In this document: piece after piece, positions 24,156 to 36,259 of the stretch
Numbering within the stretch: the first letter of the stretch is position 1
Layout: each line of letters begins with the position of its first letter
Sequence record: MT446423.1
Reading direction: 5' to 3' (one strand)
From: Escherichia virus TH58
DNA length: 64,000 nt
Notes under the pieces: model-generated
The model's input: the letters and a program-made list of their open reading frames with translations, nothing else
Told to the model about the DNA's origin: nothing
Databases searched by the model: none
Made by a program: the position numbers and the translations under genes

Positions 24156-27100
24156 CTAATTTAACCTGTGGTGGATTCACGGGGTCTCTTGGATTTCCTA
24201 CATTATCGATTAACCGTTGTTCAACCAAATCTCTAAATCTAGAGAATGTTGTTCCGGACGCATCAAATAATGGGCTCATCAGTTTACGTCGTTCCGATGG
24301 AAGTTGACCTTGAAATATGGAGTTATTGTTTTCAGCGTTATAATCTTCAGGCAATGGATAATCTTGACCAGCCATAGGGCCTATTTCATATATTGCTTTA
24401 CCTGTAATAGGGTCAAACTCAACATTTCCTTGTGGGTCTAATTTAGCCACTCGGTCTGCATATTTAGTCGGTAATCCAGAATCCCACTTATAGTTTTTGT
24501 ATTTATTAATAATGGTTTCAACATGTTTAAGTGTTAATCCGGTGTTAATAAACATTGTGAGAAGGGTAATTGCGATAAATCCAAATCCAACCGGATGAAC
24601 AAAACGTAATACGTCTGATTTCCAACGAGATGATGGAAGTTTAGATTTAATCTTCATTACGTAGTATGCTCTACCACGATTTATGTAATCGATGTTGTTC
24701 TGAGAAAGCTCTTTACCTTTAATACCACGAACAATTTCACCTTCAAAACCAGGGAGTCTTTCAGCTTTAACTTCCTGTCCTTGGATTAAACGACCTAAGA
24801 GGTTGTGAATTGTTACAGTCCATTGTAATTTACCTTTAGAGTAACTTCTCTCGATATACGTCACATTACAACGTCCTGTAGCGGTGTATATGGTTTGTCC
24901 GACCAAATCTTCTGTCAACGAATCAGATTCAATGATGATATCATATTCGGTCCCGGAACTAGATTCAATTTCAATTTCAACATCTTCGTTATAAAGCACT
25001 TTAAACAAGAATTTATATGATGCTTCAGTTCCTTTAGTTGAATAGAAGTCATAACTTCTTGATTCAAAGAAACGAGACACTAAATCGCGTTTTTCGGCGT
25101 TTAAGTAAATGTTTCGTTTATAAATCTCAGACCATAAATATTCCCACGCATGTTCTTCTCGCGGATATTTATTTTTAATAAGATTTAAAAGGTTGTTATA
25201 ATGGGTCCCATAGCCGTCAGAAAGATACTGAATATAAGCCTCGCAGAACGCTTCGAAGTTTGTATTATCTAAAAGATAAGACTCCGGCATCATTGTAGTG
25301 AGCAATGGACGTAAATCTGGGTCCGCAATACCATTCTCTTCCACAGGAGTCCATGTGGTATCTTTTTCTTGGTTTTGTAACGATGCTGTTAAGAATATAT
25401 TAGTAGGCTTCCAAATTATAGAAACATTATCTCTAACACGGTAACTAAAATCATAATAAGAAATAATCTCACCTGATGCTTTATAGAAAATCATGCCAGA
25501 TGCATATTTTTTAAATCCGGTGAAATCTACGTTAGGCATCACTATTGTACAGTCACCGTCCTTCCAATATTCATGAACTTCACGGTCTGAAGAACTAAGT
25601 GGATGATTCTCAATAACCTTAGTGTAAAGTAAATCAGAATAAATTACAACGGCCTTGTCTGAGTTATTAATCCAGCAGCGAGTACCAGACTTTCTAGAAT
25701 AACTAAAGAATGGCTCAGCGTAGTATTCCATTGGTTGGGGGGTGAACGATTCCCATTGAGAGTCTTCAGTTGAAATAAATGCCATCATATGATAATGTTT
25801 ATCAGCCAGCCATTCACGAGGATACTCATATTTAACAGCACCGATTAAACCGTGCTTGACTTGTGTTTTTGGGTCATCAACAATATCCGATTCTAGAAAT
25901 TTAAAATTACTAGATGAAATAGATAACTCAACACCATCAGTAGACATACTGGTGTACCCTGGTTCAATACGGTGACGTTCTTCTTCAGTATTACCAAACA
26001 CACGTTTAAATGTGCCAGCATCATGGTCTAGAACGTAAACACCTTTATCAGCAGAATCAACAATAGGAGTGGTCCTCGGGTCGTCGTTAAGATTAACAAC
26101 TTCACCGATAATCAGTGCAAATATTTTACCACCGACAGAATCCATTTTATAACAAACGGCCTTAGGGTTACCTGTGATGTTAAACGTTTCTTGTTCAAAC
26201 AAACGTTCAGAATATGTCGGAGATAATGGGTCTGAATCGATAGGGGCATTACTAGTTTTAATAAAACGAACTTTATCTCGAGCAGCAACATATATATAAT
26301 CGTCATTGCAAACGATAGCTTCTGCAATACGTGATACGTTAGCGGGTAATGATGCATAATTACCAAATATTTCTACATCAAATCCTAAATTTAATTGGTC
26401 ACCGATTTTAGCAAATGTTATATCTTGAGAACTAAATCTCACGTCATTTGCAGACCAACGAATATCAGTTGATTTACGGCCGTAAAATAATTTATCGTAC
26501 CCAAGAACATACGTGGTGTAATCTGTCTGGTAATATACTGTTCTTGATACAGGGTACCCTACACGGTCATTAAACAATTTAACCGATTTCCAGGTTTGTC
26601 CCTTATCATTAGAGACTTTAACCACAGGCTGATATCGTTCAAACAAATAAAGAATTCCTTCGGATTCCATCAAATAAACACGGTTTATATCATGACACAC
26701 CTGTTGAATCGAACCTTGAATTTCATGATACTCATTTTCGCCAATAATGAAATTTTTAATAGACGAAATATCCGCATAAGCAGGGCTAAATTGGAATGAT
26801 TCATTCATTAGAGCGGCCATTATAGTGTCGTTATTAAAATCGACATAAGCCATGTTGTTATTTGTAAATTTTTCTCTAATAAAAGTATTAGCCAATTGCA
26901 TTTCAATCATATGTTGAAATGTATACGCGTTAGTCTGAAATGATTCAAATATTTCAGTATATACCCAATCAGATCTCTCGAAGCCTTCGGCGGCAGTTGA
27001 TACACGAATAATATAAGAAGTTAATGGGTCTAAGCTACTTTCGAACCAGTTGCTATTAGGAGTATATCCTAAATTTATCCATCTATAGTTGGCAGGGGGA

Positions 27101-27246
27101 ATTATTTCCCCGTCTGCCGTTTTAGTCTCAGCGATTTCTACGAAATAGTAGAAATTAGCACCAACGTCATCCCAGCGTATTTGAACTTGGTTAGCGGACA
27201 ACTTGGATATTCTGAGACTTGTGACTGCTGGCGCTTTTACTGTCAT
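24148..27246 (-). CDS. 7: baseplate wedge initiator gp7
   Basis: 1032 aa, same length as T4 gp7. Confidence 0.85.
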   Translation of the reverse strand: MTVKAPAVTSLRISKLSANQVQIRWDDVGANFYYFVEIAETKTADGEIIPPANYRWINLGYTPNSNWFESSLDPLTSYIIRVSTAAEGFERSDWVYTEIFESFQTNAYTFQHMIEMQLANTFIREKFTNNNMAYVDFNNDTIMAALMNESFQFSPAYADISSIKNFIIGENEYHEIQGSIQQVCHDINRVYLMESEGILYLFERYQPVVKVSNDKGQTWKSVKLFNDRVGYPVSRTVYYQTDYTTYVLGYDKLFYGRKSTDIRWSANDVRFSSQDITFAKIGDQLNLGFDVEIFGNYASLPANVSRIAEAIVCNDDYIYVAARDKVRFIKTSNAPIDSDPLSPTYSERLFEQETFNITGNPKAVCYKMDSVGGKIFALIIGEVVNLNDDPRTTPIVDSADKGVYVLDHDAGTFKRVFGNTEEERHRIEPGYTSMSTDGVELSISSSNFKFLESDIVDDPKTQVKHGLIGAVKYEYPREWLADKHYHMMAFISTEDSQWESFTPQPMEYYAEPFFSYSRKSGTRCWINNSDKAVVIYSDLLYTKVIENHPLSSSDREVHEYWKDGDCTIVMPNVDFTGFKKYASGMIFYKASGEIISYYDFSYRVRDNVSIIWKPTNIFLTASLQNQEKDTTWTPVEENGIADPDLRPLLTTMMPESYLLDNTNFEAFCEAYIQYLSDGYGTHYNNLLNLIKNKYPREEHAWEYLWSEIYKRNIYLNAEKRDLVSRFFESRSYDFYSTKGTEASYKFLFKVLYNEDVEIEIESSSGTEYDIIIESDSLTEDLVGQTIYTATGRCNVTYIERSYSKGKLQWTVTIHNLLGRLIQGQEVKAERLPGFEGEIVRGIKGKELSQNNIDYINRGRAYYVMKIKSKLPSSRWKSDVLRFVHPVGFGFIAITLLTMFINTGLTLKHVETIINKYKNYKWDSGLPTKYADRVAKLDPQGNVEFDPITGKAIYEIGPMAGQDYPLPEDYNAENNNSIFQGQLPSERRKLMSPLFDASGTTFSRFRDLVEQRLIDNVGNPRDPVNPPQVKLDE

Positions 27247-29216
27247 TGTGAAATAGGCTCCAAATCTATAGTTAAGTACTGAGGACGTAAGTCATTTTCG
27301 AATACGATTAAAGAACCATCCTTTGTAAAAATAATATCATCTGCAGGGTCGGAATAAAGTTCAATTGTTTGGACTTCAAAACGATCTGAAGTGAGGTCAA
27401 TTTTAGCAATGTTCCAATAAATCGAATCAGCAGGATAATTCACTTCACCAATTGAATAGTATTTGTTTCGTCCGTCAGTAACAGTAAGTTTATTAAAATC
27501 ATTACCTGTATAAGGTTGTATATTTTCGTTTTCAACAACATCACCGTCTGCAAATGGACCAATAATAACTTGACCTATGCCACGGTCATTACGGTCAGAA
27601 GATACTATGCGAACACCGTATTTAATAGTTTCGTTTGCATTTTCTGGATTAGGTCTGTGCGAATCAAACGAGAATATATTAGATTCCATCGATCTATCTT
27701 TAATCTGATTATTGTATTTAATACCGGCCTCAGGCGTTTTATAGAAGTTTTGTACTTCGCGAACCATTTGAATAGTAGCTGAAGAACCAATAATAGAAAT
27801 ATCTGCATCATCGACATAAGTTAGCATTTTAGATTTTGCAAACGATGAGTTAAAAATTTCTACATCTTCAATATAATATCGGTCAATTTTATTAATAATT
27901 TGCCCTTCAAGATATTGTTCTGATTCTTGGAGCTTATTCAACGCGTACGTAACTTTGATATTCATTTTGATAAACAAATAATCAGGAGAAATAACAACAG
28001 GAGTAATAGTCCCTAAGTTATAATCATTCAAATAATTTTTGATATCATCACGTTGGACAGAAGTCAAATACAATCCAGATTTAGGCTTAGCGGCAATATA
28101 GGCGTATCCTGGTTTAGATGAATCTGTGAATGTTTGAACCGCTTGAATAATAGAACCAAACCGCTCAGAGACGAATGTGTCATAGTCGGAAGCGGTTACA
28201 CAACGTTGTTGAGTTTCGCGTTTAATTGTGCCTAATTCTCGAATACGTTCAATATCTTCAGGGTCACCGCCGCCATCGGCCCCAACAAAGTCTGGGTTAT
28301 TGCTAGGGTTCTCGTTAATATCGATTACCGTGATATTAGCTAATGTATCAGCATAAGAAAATCCTACAGCGCCGTTAGCATCTGCGCCGTTAGTAGAAAT
28401 ATACTCAATTACGATTTTAGAACCCTGAACAGGTTTAAGGCCACCAATATAGTTAGATGTTAACGCACCTTCTGATGTGTTAATAGAAATTTCGCCTTCA
28501 CCAAAATAAAATTCGGTGTTCCCATCAACTGTTTCACGCATATAATAGATTGTTGACGTAGAACCAGCGTGAACCATCGACTTACGAGTCCAGTTAATCC
28601 ATTCTGCTCCGTCAACATACAACTTAACTAAATTACGGTCAATATTCTTATCACGAATAATGATAGGTTTTAATCTATCAAATGTTAATTCAGTGCGAAC
28701 AATACGTCCTTGAGCTAATCGAAGACGTGGAAAATATTGGTTATTTTTATCTTTAACTACAATGACATCTTCAGTAGAAACAAAGTTATACGGGTTAACA
28801 GAAGTATCTTTAGCGTATGCTAAGAAGCGAGTGCCACGTGGAATGGTGATATAGTTTCTATTTAATGCATCCGTGCAGGTGAGCATAATTTCTGTTTGTG
28901 CTGCTGATTTAGATGAAGGCAGATATCCGTTATCTTGAGCCGCTTGTACAACAGAACTACGCAAGTTTGCAGTACGCATAAAACTTTCATACACTGCACT
29001 ATTACTGAACTGTTGGATGTAAAGAGTGTTATATGCTAAAAGGTCACACAATACGTTTAAACGCGAACCTTCAAAATCATAATCAAGAAATTCATTCTGC
29101 CCGTTGAGCCATTCGATAATATTCTGTTTGATTTCGGCAAATGTGCCCCCGATAAAAATCTCGGGAATAGCATTCGCTGTTCGGGTTAATTGATAATTTA
29201 CAGGAGTGTTTGCCAT
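27243..29216 (-). CDS. 6: baseplate wedge protein gp6
   Basis: Start MANTPVNYQL with RBS; about 657 aa as T4 gp6 (660 aa). Confidence 0.85.
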   Translation of the reverse strand: MANTPVNYQLTRTANAIPEIFIGGTFAEIKQNIIEWLNGQNEFLDYDFEGSRLNVLCDLLAYNTLYIQQFSNSAVYESFMRTANLRSSVVQAAQDNGYLPSSKSAAQTEIMLTCTDALNRNYITIPRGTRFLAYAKDTSVNPYNFVSTEDVIVVKDKNNQYFPRLRLAQGRIVRTELTFDRLKPIIIRDKNIDRNLVKLYVDGAEWINWTRKSMVHAGSTSTIYYMRETVDGNTEFYFGEGEISINTSEGALTSNYIGGLKPVQGSKIVIEYISTNGADANGAVGFSYADTLANITVIDINENPSNNPDFVGADGGGDPEDIERIRELGTIKRETQQRCVTASDYDTFVSERFGSIIQAVQTFTDSSKPGYAYIAAKPKSGLYLTSVQRDDIKNYLNDYNLGTITPVVISPDYLFIKMNIKVTYALNKLQESEQYLEGQIINKIDRYYIEDVEIFNSSFAKSKMLTYVDDADISIIGSSATIQMVREVQNFYKTPEAGIKYNNQIKDRSMESNIFSFDSHRPNPENANETIKYGVRIVSSDRNDRGIGQVIIGPFADGDVVENENIQPYTGNDFNKLTVTDGRNKYYSIGEVNYPADSIYWNIAKIDLTSDRFEVQTIELYSDPADDIIFTKDGSLIVFENDLRPQYLTIDLEPISQ

Positions 29217-29224
29217 TTTAATTC

Positions 29225-29518
29225 CTATTTTATAAAGACTTTTGACGAGGCCTGAGAAACAGTATCCCCGCATGAAATTGGGTCAGCCATTTGAACGGCC
29301 TTTTTACCGGTGACGTATACTTTAGATGTACGAGGTTCAGTAACACCCCCATGAGTCTCGTATGGTTTTTTAATTTCTGTATGAGGTGTTATTTGGTCTC
29401 CTGCCACAAGAACAGGAATACCGCCGGTGAATACTTTAGATTGGGAAGCATTTATTACAGTAGGAGGCCATGCTTCATGACCTGTTGTAACGCACTTGTC
29501 GTAACTTAAGCCAGACAT
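29225..29518 (-). CDS. 5.4: gp5.4 PAAR-type tail-spike tip protein
   Basis: 97 aa from [10 protein letters not shown], same length as T4 gp5.4; lies between genes 5 and 6. Confidence 0.7.
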   Translation of the reverse strand: MSGLSYDKCVTTGHEAWPPTVINASQSKVFTGGIPVLVAGDQITPHTEIKKPYETHGGVTEPRTSKVYVTGKKAVQMADPISCGDTVSQASSKVFIK

Positions 29519-29520
29519 TT

Positions 29521-30036
29521 TCACGGCCTCACATAAACATAGTTTCGTAATTGTTGAGCCCATTTGCTCCAATTTCCTACTATAGTTTTTGTATAAACCT
29601 TAGTAAGAGTTTTTTGTACTGGAGCCGGTGGAGGTTCTGTACCAGAGGCACTTCTAGAATCGCCTGATGAACTTTCTTCTTGGTAGTTATAAATCATTTC
29701 AACCGTATAACTAAACACTTTACGAAGATTCTGAGGAGCTCTCCACAAATATAACTGTGTGGATTCATCTTTCGGTAAATCATCCCATGAAGATGCGGTT
29801 TCAAAATCATCATTTAATCGGTATTTCAATGCATCTGAAGAAAAGCTAAACACACTTTCATATGTTCCGTATAAATGATTACCATCTACCGTAATGCCTT
29901 GTGTCGGTTCATAATCTGTTATATTTATTGACACTAAAGTTTCGGTTGTTTCTAACTGTGGAGTAAAAAGGACGTCAATAGACGCCCCTTCCATGTCTTC
30001 TCCTAAGTCGGTATTTAAAGGAAGTATTTGTGCCAT
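29521..30036 (-). CDS. hypothetical protein (T4 5.1 position)
   Basis: 171-aa ORF between gp5 and gp5.4. Confidence 0.45.
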   Translation of the reverse strand: MAQILPLNTDLGEDMEGASIDVLFTPQLETTETLVSINITDYEPTQGITVDGNHLYGTYESVFSFSSDALKYRLNDDFETASSWDDLPKDESTQLYLWRAPQNLRKVFSYTVEMIYNYQEESSSGDSRSASGTEPPPAPVQKTLTKVYTKTIVGNWSKWAQQLRNYVYVRP

Positions 30037-30039
30037 ATA

Positions 30040-31773
30040 TTACCCAATATCAATACGAGATCCGTCAACAGTGTATTGTCCTGAAGCTACTGAGCTCATT
30101 GTAGACATTGTTTCTGCCCAATCACCTGCAACAGTCATATCAACATTACCATTAACAGTCCATTTAACGTTTCCGTTGACGGTGTAATCATGATTCCCTT
30201 CGACCTGAGTTTTAGCATCGCCTTTAACAAGAATATCTGCGTTTCCGTCAACAACTATTTTGATATTGCCCTTAACGTAAAGAGTTCCATCGCCTTCAAC
30301 AGTTTTAGATTGGTTACCACGAATAAAGATTGTGTCATTGCCGTCTATTTGATGGAGGTGGTCTGCCATGTTATAATATATTTCATTAGCACCAACGTTA
30401 ACAAGCTTATCACCAGAAATCAAGAAGTTCCCATCACCATTAGTGATGTCAAAAAGGTCTTCTACAGTTTTACGAGTACGACGCCCAGACGGAGAAACTT
30501 CCTCATATGACCCTGTTGGATGAACTAAGCGATAACGTTCATTACCTGGAGTATCGTCAAATTCTTGGATATGACCACTTTCTGTTTCCATAGCATGGAC
30601 GTATGGATACTCACCACGATAACTTGATTCCGGTTCTTTAAAAAGGATGCGTGAATCTAACGGAACAGGAGGACCAGCTGGGTCTTCTGGATCGGTATTT
30701 CTAGTAACTAAATCAGCACCAACTCCTGGTGAAGGTGGTGTTTTAACAGGAACGCCATATGATTCCATGTTACCAGTTAAAATAATTGTTGTTACACGTG
30801 AAGCACGCCCTTTAGTCTGTTGGAACCATAACGAATCGCGTCCAGATTTGTATGCAGTTTTCCAATCGCCTGTGGCCATTGCTTTAAGCATAGTATTGAA
30901 TTTTGCTACACCACCAACGCCCATCTGGAAGCACATGTTTTCTAATGCCATTTGGCGAGATCTGTTCATTTTAGCATAAACAGGACCTACTTTAGAATTA
31001 GAACGAATGTCTTTCTGCATCTTAGCAAGGTCCTTCTCAAATAACGCTGTTGCTTCTTCTAATGTAATAGTTCCCGGATTTCCTGTTACTTCACGCCCTA
31101 CTTGATCAGATAACAATTTATTAATTCGAGACATATCTCGGGTTTTTTCCATTACTATAAGGTGTCCAATACCTACTGTAGGATATCCGAGATGGTCCCA
31201 ATACACTTTATCACGAAGACCTTCGTCACGACGTAACATTTCTGTTATTGTAAAATTAGGGTCATCATCTTCTGGAATATTTGCTAAATCTGTATCATCT
31301 GGGTTTATACCATAATCCAAGTTGTTATCTTGAATTACATTAGAGTTTGAATAATAACCAGCTTCACCGCCTTGGTTTAATACGTTCGTATCATTACCTA
31401 AACGTCGCGGATACTGGCCTGTCGGGTCCGAAAAACCTTCAAGTCTATTAGGCTTTTCACGTACTATTCCGCCGTATGTACCAAGTACAATCCCGTTTGT
31501 TTTCCATTTGTCTAAGAAATGACCATATACTCGAGTTCCTTCAACAGGACCTGTAACAGAACCACCAATACCTGACATTGATGCAGACGTAATAGGTTGA
31601 ATAACAGTCATCCATGGAAGTTTTTCTGTAGGAATACCTTGTACATCACCTTGTGTTCTCTGCGCCGGATGAAGACCAACGACTCGAACTCGAACTCGCC
31701 CTTGTTTTAATGGGTCCATTCTGTCCTCGACAACACCCACGAACCAATTAAGGCTACTGCTAATCATTTCCAT
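30040..31773 (-). CDS. 5: baseplate hub subunit and tail lysozyme gp5
   Basis: 577 aa; N-terminus MEMISSSLNWFVGVVEDRMDPLKQGRVRVRVVGLHP as T4 gp5; C-terminal beta-helix repeats (VxGxxxxxV). Confidence 0.9.
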   Translation of the reverse strand: MEMISSSLNWFVGVVEDRMDPLKQGRVRVRVVGLHPAQRTQGDVQGIPTEKLPWMTVIQPITSASMSGIGGSVTGPVEGTRVYGHFLDKWKTNGIVLGTYGGIVREKPNRLEGFSDPTGQYPRRLGNDTNVLNQGGEAGYYSNSNVIQDNNLDYGINPDDTDLANIPEDDDPNFTITEMLRRDEGLRDKVYWDHLGYPTVGIGHLIVMEKTRDMSRINKLLSDQVGREVTGNPGTITLEEATALFEKDLAKMQKDIRSNSKVGPVYAKMNRSRQMALENMCFQMGVGGVAKFNTMLKAMATGDWKTAYKSGRDSLWFQQTKGRASRVTTIILTGNMESYGVPVKTPPSPGVGADLVTRNTDPEDPAGPPVPLDSRILFKEPESSYRGEYPYVHAMETESGHIQEFDDTPGNERYRLVHPTGSYEEVSPSGRRTRKTVEDLFDITNGDGNFLISGDKLVNVGANEIYYNMADHLHQIDGNDTIFIRGNQSKTVEGDGTLYVKGNIKIVVDGNADILVKGDAKTQVEGNHDYTVNGNVKWTVNGNVDMTVAGDWAETMSTMSSVASGQYTVDGSRIDIG

Positions 31774-32348
31774 TATGCAATCTCCATCTCACGAATCAAA
31801 TCAGTAATAAACGAGTTTATATCTTCTTTTGCAACAATTTTTATTTTACGAAGTTTTTCATTATCTAATATTGCCGCTTCATAAGTATCTACTGCAGCTA
31901 AAGGTCCTTTATATTGCGGATACTTACGAGCTTCATCACCTTTATCATACCACACTAAAGGCTCGTCCGGATATGAAACTAAATTGTAAAATTTCTCACG
32001 GTTCTCGTTAATATGGTAAAGAATTTGGTCTCCACCAGCATTTGCATATTTCTGAATAGACGCTTGATACGCTGCTTCCTGAGATGTAATCCAACCATAA
32101 TACGGGTCATAGTTATCGTTACACATCAAAAGGACCCAGTATAATTGAGGGTTGCCATAAATTATGTTTGATAGTTCTTCAGGACGTGGAGAGCCTTTAA
32201 TGTAATAAGAACGTAATCTATAATTGGCAGCCACACGCTTAAAGTACTCTTTATAGTTACGAAATATGTCTGTCATAGGAATAGTAGGTGCATTCTTATC
32301 AACTGTTTTAGCACTATATCCTATTGGGTCGAAGAATGTAAATAACAA
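31773..32348 (-). CDS. 53: baseplate wedge protein gp53
   Basis: 191 aa; synteny with T4 gp53. Confidence 0.8.
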   Translation of the reverse strand: MLFTFFDPIGYSAKTVDKNAPTIPMTDIFRNYKEYFKRVAANYRLRSYYIKGSPRPEELSNIIYGNPQLYWVLLMCNDNYDPYYGWITSQEAAYQASIQKYANAGGDQILYHINENREKFYNLVSYPDEPLVWYDKGDEARKYPQYKGPLAAVDTYEAAILDNEKLRKIKIVAKEDINSFITDLIREMEIA

Positions 32349-32375
32349 AATAGTCTCCTTCCAATATTAAATTGG

Positions 32376-32383
32376 TATAAATA
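32376..32383 (+). promoter_or_regulatory. late promoter TATAAATA for gene 4
   Basis: Plus-strand TATAAATA 27 nt upstream of gene 4 ATG. Confidence 0.55.
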
Positions 32384-32390
32384 ATAATAC

Positions 32391-32398
32391 TATTTATA
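32391..32398 (-). promoter_or_regulatory. late promoter TATAAATA for gene 53 (divergent)
   Basis: Minus-strand TATAAATA upstream of gp53 ATG, in the 53/4 divergent intergenic region. Confidence 0.5.
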
Positions 32399-32409
32399 AG
32401 GAGGACAAC

Positions 32410-32859
32410 ATGGCCTACTCTGGTAAATGGGTCCCGAAAAATTTAAAAAAATACCGTGGAGACCATACCAAAATAACGTATCGTTCAAACTGGGAAAAAT
32501 TCTTTTTCGAATGGTTGGATAAAAATCCGGAAATTATTGCATGGGGTAGTGAAACAGCAGTAATTCCATATTTTTGTAATGCTGAAGGTAAGAAACGTCG
32601 ATACTATATGGACGTATGGATGAAAGATGCATCAGGTCAAGAGTTCTTTGTAGAAATAAAACCAAAGAAAGAAACTCAACCGCCTATTAAGCCTGCAAAT
32701 CTTACTACCGCAGCAAAGAAACGTTATATGAATGAAATATACACCTGGTCTGTGAACTGCGACAAATGGAAAGCTGCTTCTGCTGTCGCAGAAAAGAGAA
32801 ATATAAAATTTCGAGTTCTAACCGAAGACGGACTTAGGAAACTCGGATACAAGGGGTAA
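32410..32859 (+). CDS. 4: head completion protein gp4
   Basis: 149 aa; N-terminus [18 protein letters not shown] as T4 gp4. Confidence 0.85.
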   Translation: MAYSGKWVPKNLKKYRGDHTKITYRSNWEKFFFEWLDKNPEIIAWGSETAVIPYFCNAEGKKRRYYMDVWMKDASGQEFFVEIKPKKETQPPIKPANLTTAAKKRYMNEIYTWSVNCDKWKAASAVAEKRNIKFRVLTEDGLRKLGYKG

Positions 32860-32861
32860 TT

Positions 32862-33683
32862 ATGAGCATATTCCAAATTATATCTGAAGGCGTACAAGCC
32901 ACTAAGATTGCTCAGTCTATGAATGAAAGAAAATGGATTGAGATAGGATTAGAGTACAAGAAAGCTAAAGAGAAAGGAATCACTGCAAAAGCATTTGCAG
33001 AATCAAAAGGAATAAAATACTCGTCGTTTACATCTGCAATGTCTAGATATGCATCATCTATTAAGATTGCACAGAAAATTGAAACGCTTGAATCTAAACC
33101 TAAAAATAAACTCAATAAGCAAGAACGTCAACTTCTGATGATAAACTCGTTTCGCAGTTCAATACGAGAAAAGATTAGAAATGAAGGCGCAGCAGTAAAC
33201 AACAAATCATCTAAGTGGTTTGTTGAAACAATTAAGAAAAGTGTAAAAGGTCATAAAGTAGTCAAGCCTATGCCAGGCAAAATTTATACTTACGTGTATG
33301 ATGCTAAACATAAAGATACTCTACCATACTGGGACCGATATCCTTTGATTATTTATTTAGGATTAGGTAAACATAATTTGATGTATGGGTTAAACTTGCA
33401 CTATATCCCACCTAAAGCACGACAACAGTTTCTTGAAGAATTGCTGAAGCAATATGCTAGCACAACTACTATTACTAATAACACAAAGTTGAAGATAGAC
33501 TGGAGCAAGGTGAAAGGATTTCAAGGTGCTGACAAAATGATTAAAGCATACCTGCCAGGCCACATTAGAGGAACAATAACAGAAATCGCTCCTAAAGACT
33601 GGGCTAACATAATCATGTTACCTACTCAGCAATTTATGTCAAAAGGAAAACGTTTCTCTGCGAATACTGTTTGGAAATCTTAA
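32862..33683 (+). CDS. 2: DNA end protector protein gp2
   Basis: 273 aa; size and synteny with T4 gp2. Confidence 0.8.
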   Translation: MSIFQIISEGVQATKIAQSMNERKWIEIGLEYKKAKEKGITAKAFAESKGIKYSSFTSAMSRYASSIKIAQKIETLESKPKNKLNKQERQLLMINSFRSSIREKIRNEGAAVNNKSSKWFVETIKKSVKGHKVVKPMPGKIYTYVYDAKHKDTLPYWDRYPLIIYLGLGKHNLMYGLNLHYIPPKARQQFLEELLKQYASTTTITNNTKLKIDWSKVKGFQGADKMIKAYLPGHIRGTITEIAPKDWANIIMLPTQQFMSKGKRFSANTVWKS

Positions 33684-33785
33684 TTCTATTCTCTTCCGTT
33701 CTTCTGATATTCTGTTAAACCGGATTAATGGAAGAGACCTAAAACCATTATACTGCATTTTTATTAAAGCGTTTTTGAGGTGCTT

Positions 33786-34370
33786 ATGACTCGTCCAGCG
33801 AGACAGATTTTTAACCAAACAAATATAACAAACTTTGTTGTGGATATCCCGGATAGTACACGAACTTCAGGTTTTGTGCTCAATGCCCAAACGGCTCCAT
33901 TACCTGGTGTGAGAATTCCTGTTGTTGAAACTGTGACGGGCACAATGGGGTTAGGACGTGCAATGCGCGCAGGCACTACATTTGAATATGACCCTTTTAT
34001 TGTACGATTTATAGTTGATGAAGACATGACGTCCTGGATGAACATGTATAAATGGATGCTCAGCACTAATAACTATATAACCGGTCATAATACAGCCCAT
34101 GCTGATGGTCCTGAGTTTGTTACTTTGCACATTTTAAACAACAATAAGACTGAAGTAGTTTTGACGGCGAATTTCTATAAACCATGGATTTCTGATTTGA
34201 GTGAAATTGAATTTAGTTACACCGAAGACTCTGACCCTGCCGTTACGTGCGTAGCAACTATTCACTATGCGTATATGACGATAGAAAAGGATGGTGAAGT
34301 CATTGTATCTCAACAACCACGTCAAGCAGTCGAATCTAAATCCATTTCTAGACACCCTTCCTTGCGTTAA
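33786..34370 (+). CDS. 3: tail completion and sheath stabiliser gp3
   Basis: ATG 33786 with GAGG RBS; synteny with T4 gp3. Confidence 0.75.
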   Translation: MTRPARQIFNQTNITNFVVDIPDSTRTSGFVLNAQTAPLPGVRIPVVETVTGTMGLGRAMRAGTTFEYDPFIVRFIVDEDMTSWMNMYKWMLSTNNYITGHNTAHADGPEFVTLHILNNNKTEVVLTANFYKPWISDLSEIEFSYTEDSDPAVTCVATIHYAYMTIEKDGEVIVSQQPRQAVESKSISRHPSLR

Positions 34371-34423
34371 TCGCTTCTAGCTCCGTATGTTATAATCACT
34401 CATAAATTATATGAGGAAAACCT

Positions 34424-35158
34424 ATGGAGCTAATCTTTTTAAGTGGCATCAAACGTAGCGGTAAAGACACTACTGCTGATTACATCAATTCAAACTTTAA
34501 GTCCGTAAAATACCAATTGGCATATCCGATTAAAGACGCTCTAGCAATAGCCTGGGGACGTAAACATGCTGAAAACCCTGATGTATTCACAGAGTTGAAA
34601 TACGAATACTTTGAAGGTGTTGGATACGACCGTGAAACACCATTAAATCTCAATAAGTTGGATGTTATTGAATTATTGGAAGAAGCGCTAATTTATTTAC
34701 AAAGTCAATATTTACCAATTAATAATGTTAAAGTATTATCATCATTAGAAGGTGGGTATTCATATCTAGATATTAAACCATATGAAGCCCTGCGTGAAGC
34801 TATAAATAATATCAACGACACATGGTCAATCCGCCGTCTTATGCAAGCCCTCGGTACGGATGTTGTCGTTAATTTATTTGACCGTATGTATTGGGTTAAA
34901 CTTTTTGCATTAAACTATATGGATTATATTGGAAGTGATTTCGATTACTATGTTGTAACCGATACACGCCAAGTCCATGAAATGGAAACCGCTAGAGCGA
35001 TGGGTGCTACAGTTATTCATGTGGTTCGCTCTGGTACGGAATCCACCGATAAACATATTACAGAAGCTGGGTTGCCTATTGAAGAAGGCGATTTAGTTAT
35101 TACAAACGACGGCTCTTTAGAAGAGCTTTATTCTAAAATTGAAACAATCTTAAGGTAA
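34424..35158 (+). CDS. 1: deoxynucleoside monophosphate kinase gp1
   Basis: 244 aa; P-loop GIKRSGKDT at N-terminus; as T4 gp1. Confidence 0.9.
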   Translation: MELIFLSGIKRSGKDTTADYINSNFKSVKYQLAYPIKDALAIAWGRKHAENPDVFTELKYEYFEGVGYDRETPLNLNKLDVIELLEEALIYLQSQYLPINNVKVLSSLEGGYSYLDIKPYEALREAINNINDTWSIRRLMQALGTDVVVNLFDRMYWVKLFALNYMDYIGSDFDYYVVTDTRQVHEMETARAMGATVIHVVRSGTESTDKHITEAGLPIEEGDLVITNDGSLEELYSKIETILR

Positions 35159-35162
35159 TAAA

Positions 35163-35848
<686 letters not shown>

Positions 35849-35861
35849 TTTTCACAAAACA

Positions 35862-35891
35862 GTTTACATAAGGATGATGGTGTGTTACTAT
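35862..35891 (+). promoter_or_regulatory. early promoter cassette with inverted repeat (GGATGAT / ATCATCC)
   Basis: GTTTAC 35862-35867, TGTTACTAT 35883-35891; arms flank the -10. Confidence 0.5.
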
Positions 35892-35926
35892 CATCCTATC
35901 AAATAAACAACCAAATGGAACCTAAA

Positions 35927-36190
35927 ATGAAAACTTTCAACGAATTCATCTCAGAATCGTCTGGTGTGAAAATTAACAAAGCGGTTAATCAGGTTATTGC
36001 TGATATTCTTAATTTGTATAACATTGACTTAACTCCGCATATCACGCTTGGTAACAAACGAAACTTTTTTATATTTGACACATCCGAACTTGATGAAAAC
36101 CAGTTCAATAACATTCAACGTTTTGCGAATGATAAAGGTCTTCGACACGAGCCTGGCGGCTATAAAAAATACGCAATATATTTGAAATAA
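35927..36190 (+). CDS. internal protein (ipI-like) with capsid-targeting sequence
   Basis: N-terminus MKTFNEFISE matches the T4 internal-protein targeting motif MKTYQEFIAE; position of ipI. Confidence 0.55.
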   Translation: MKTFNEFISESSGVKINKAVNQVIADILNLYNIDLTPHITLGNKRNFFIFDTSELDENQFNNIQRFANDKGLRHEPGGYKKYAIYLK

Positions 36191-36192
36191 AG

Positions 36193-36223
36193 GTATACAA
36201 ACCTATAGGGATATGTTATAGTA
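36193..36223 (+). promoter_or_regulatory. early promoter cassette (GTATAC ... TGTTATAGTA)
   Basis: Family member; inverted repeat ATAGGG / CCTAT around the -10. Confidence 0.5.
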
Positions 36224-36259
36224 GTCCTATCAAAACAAATGAGTAAATGGAGAAATAAA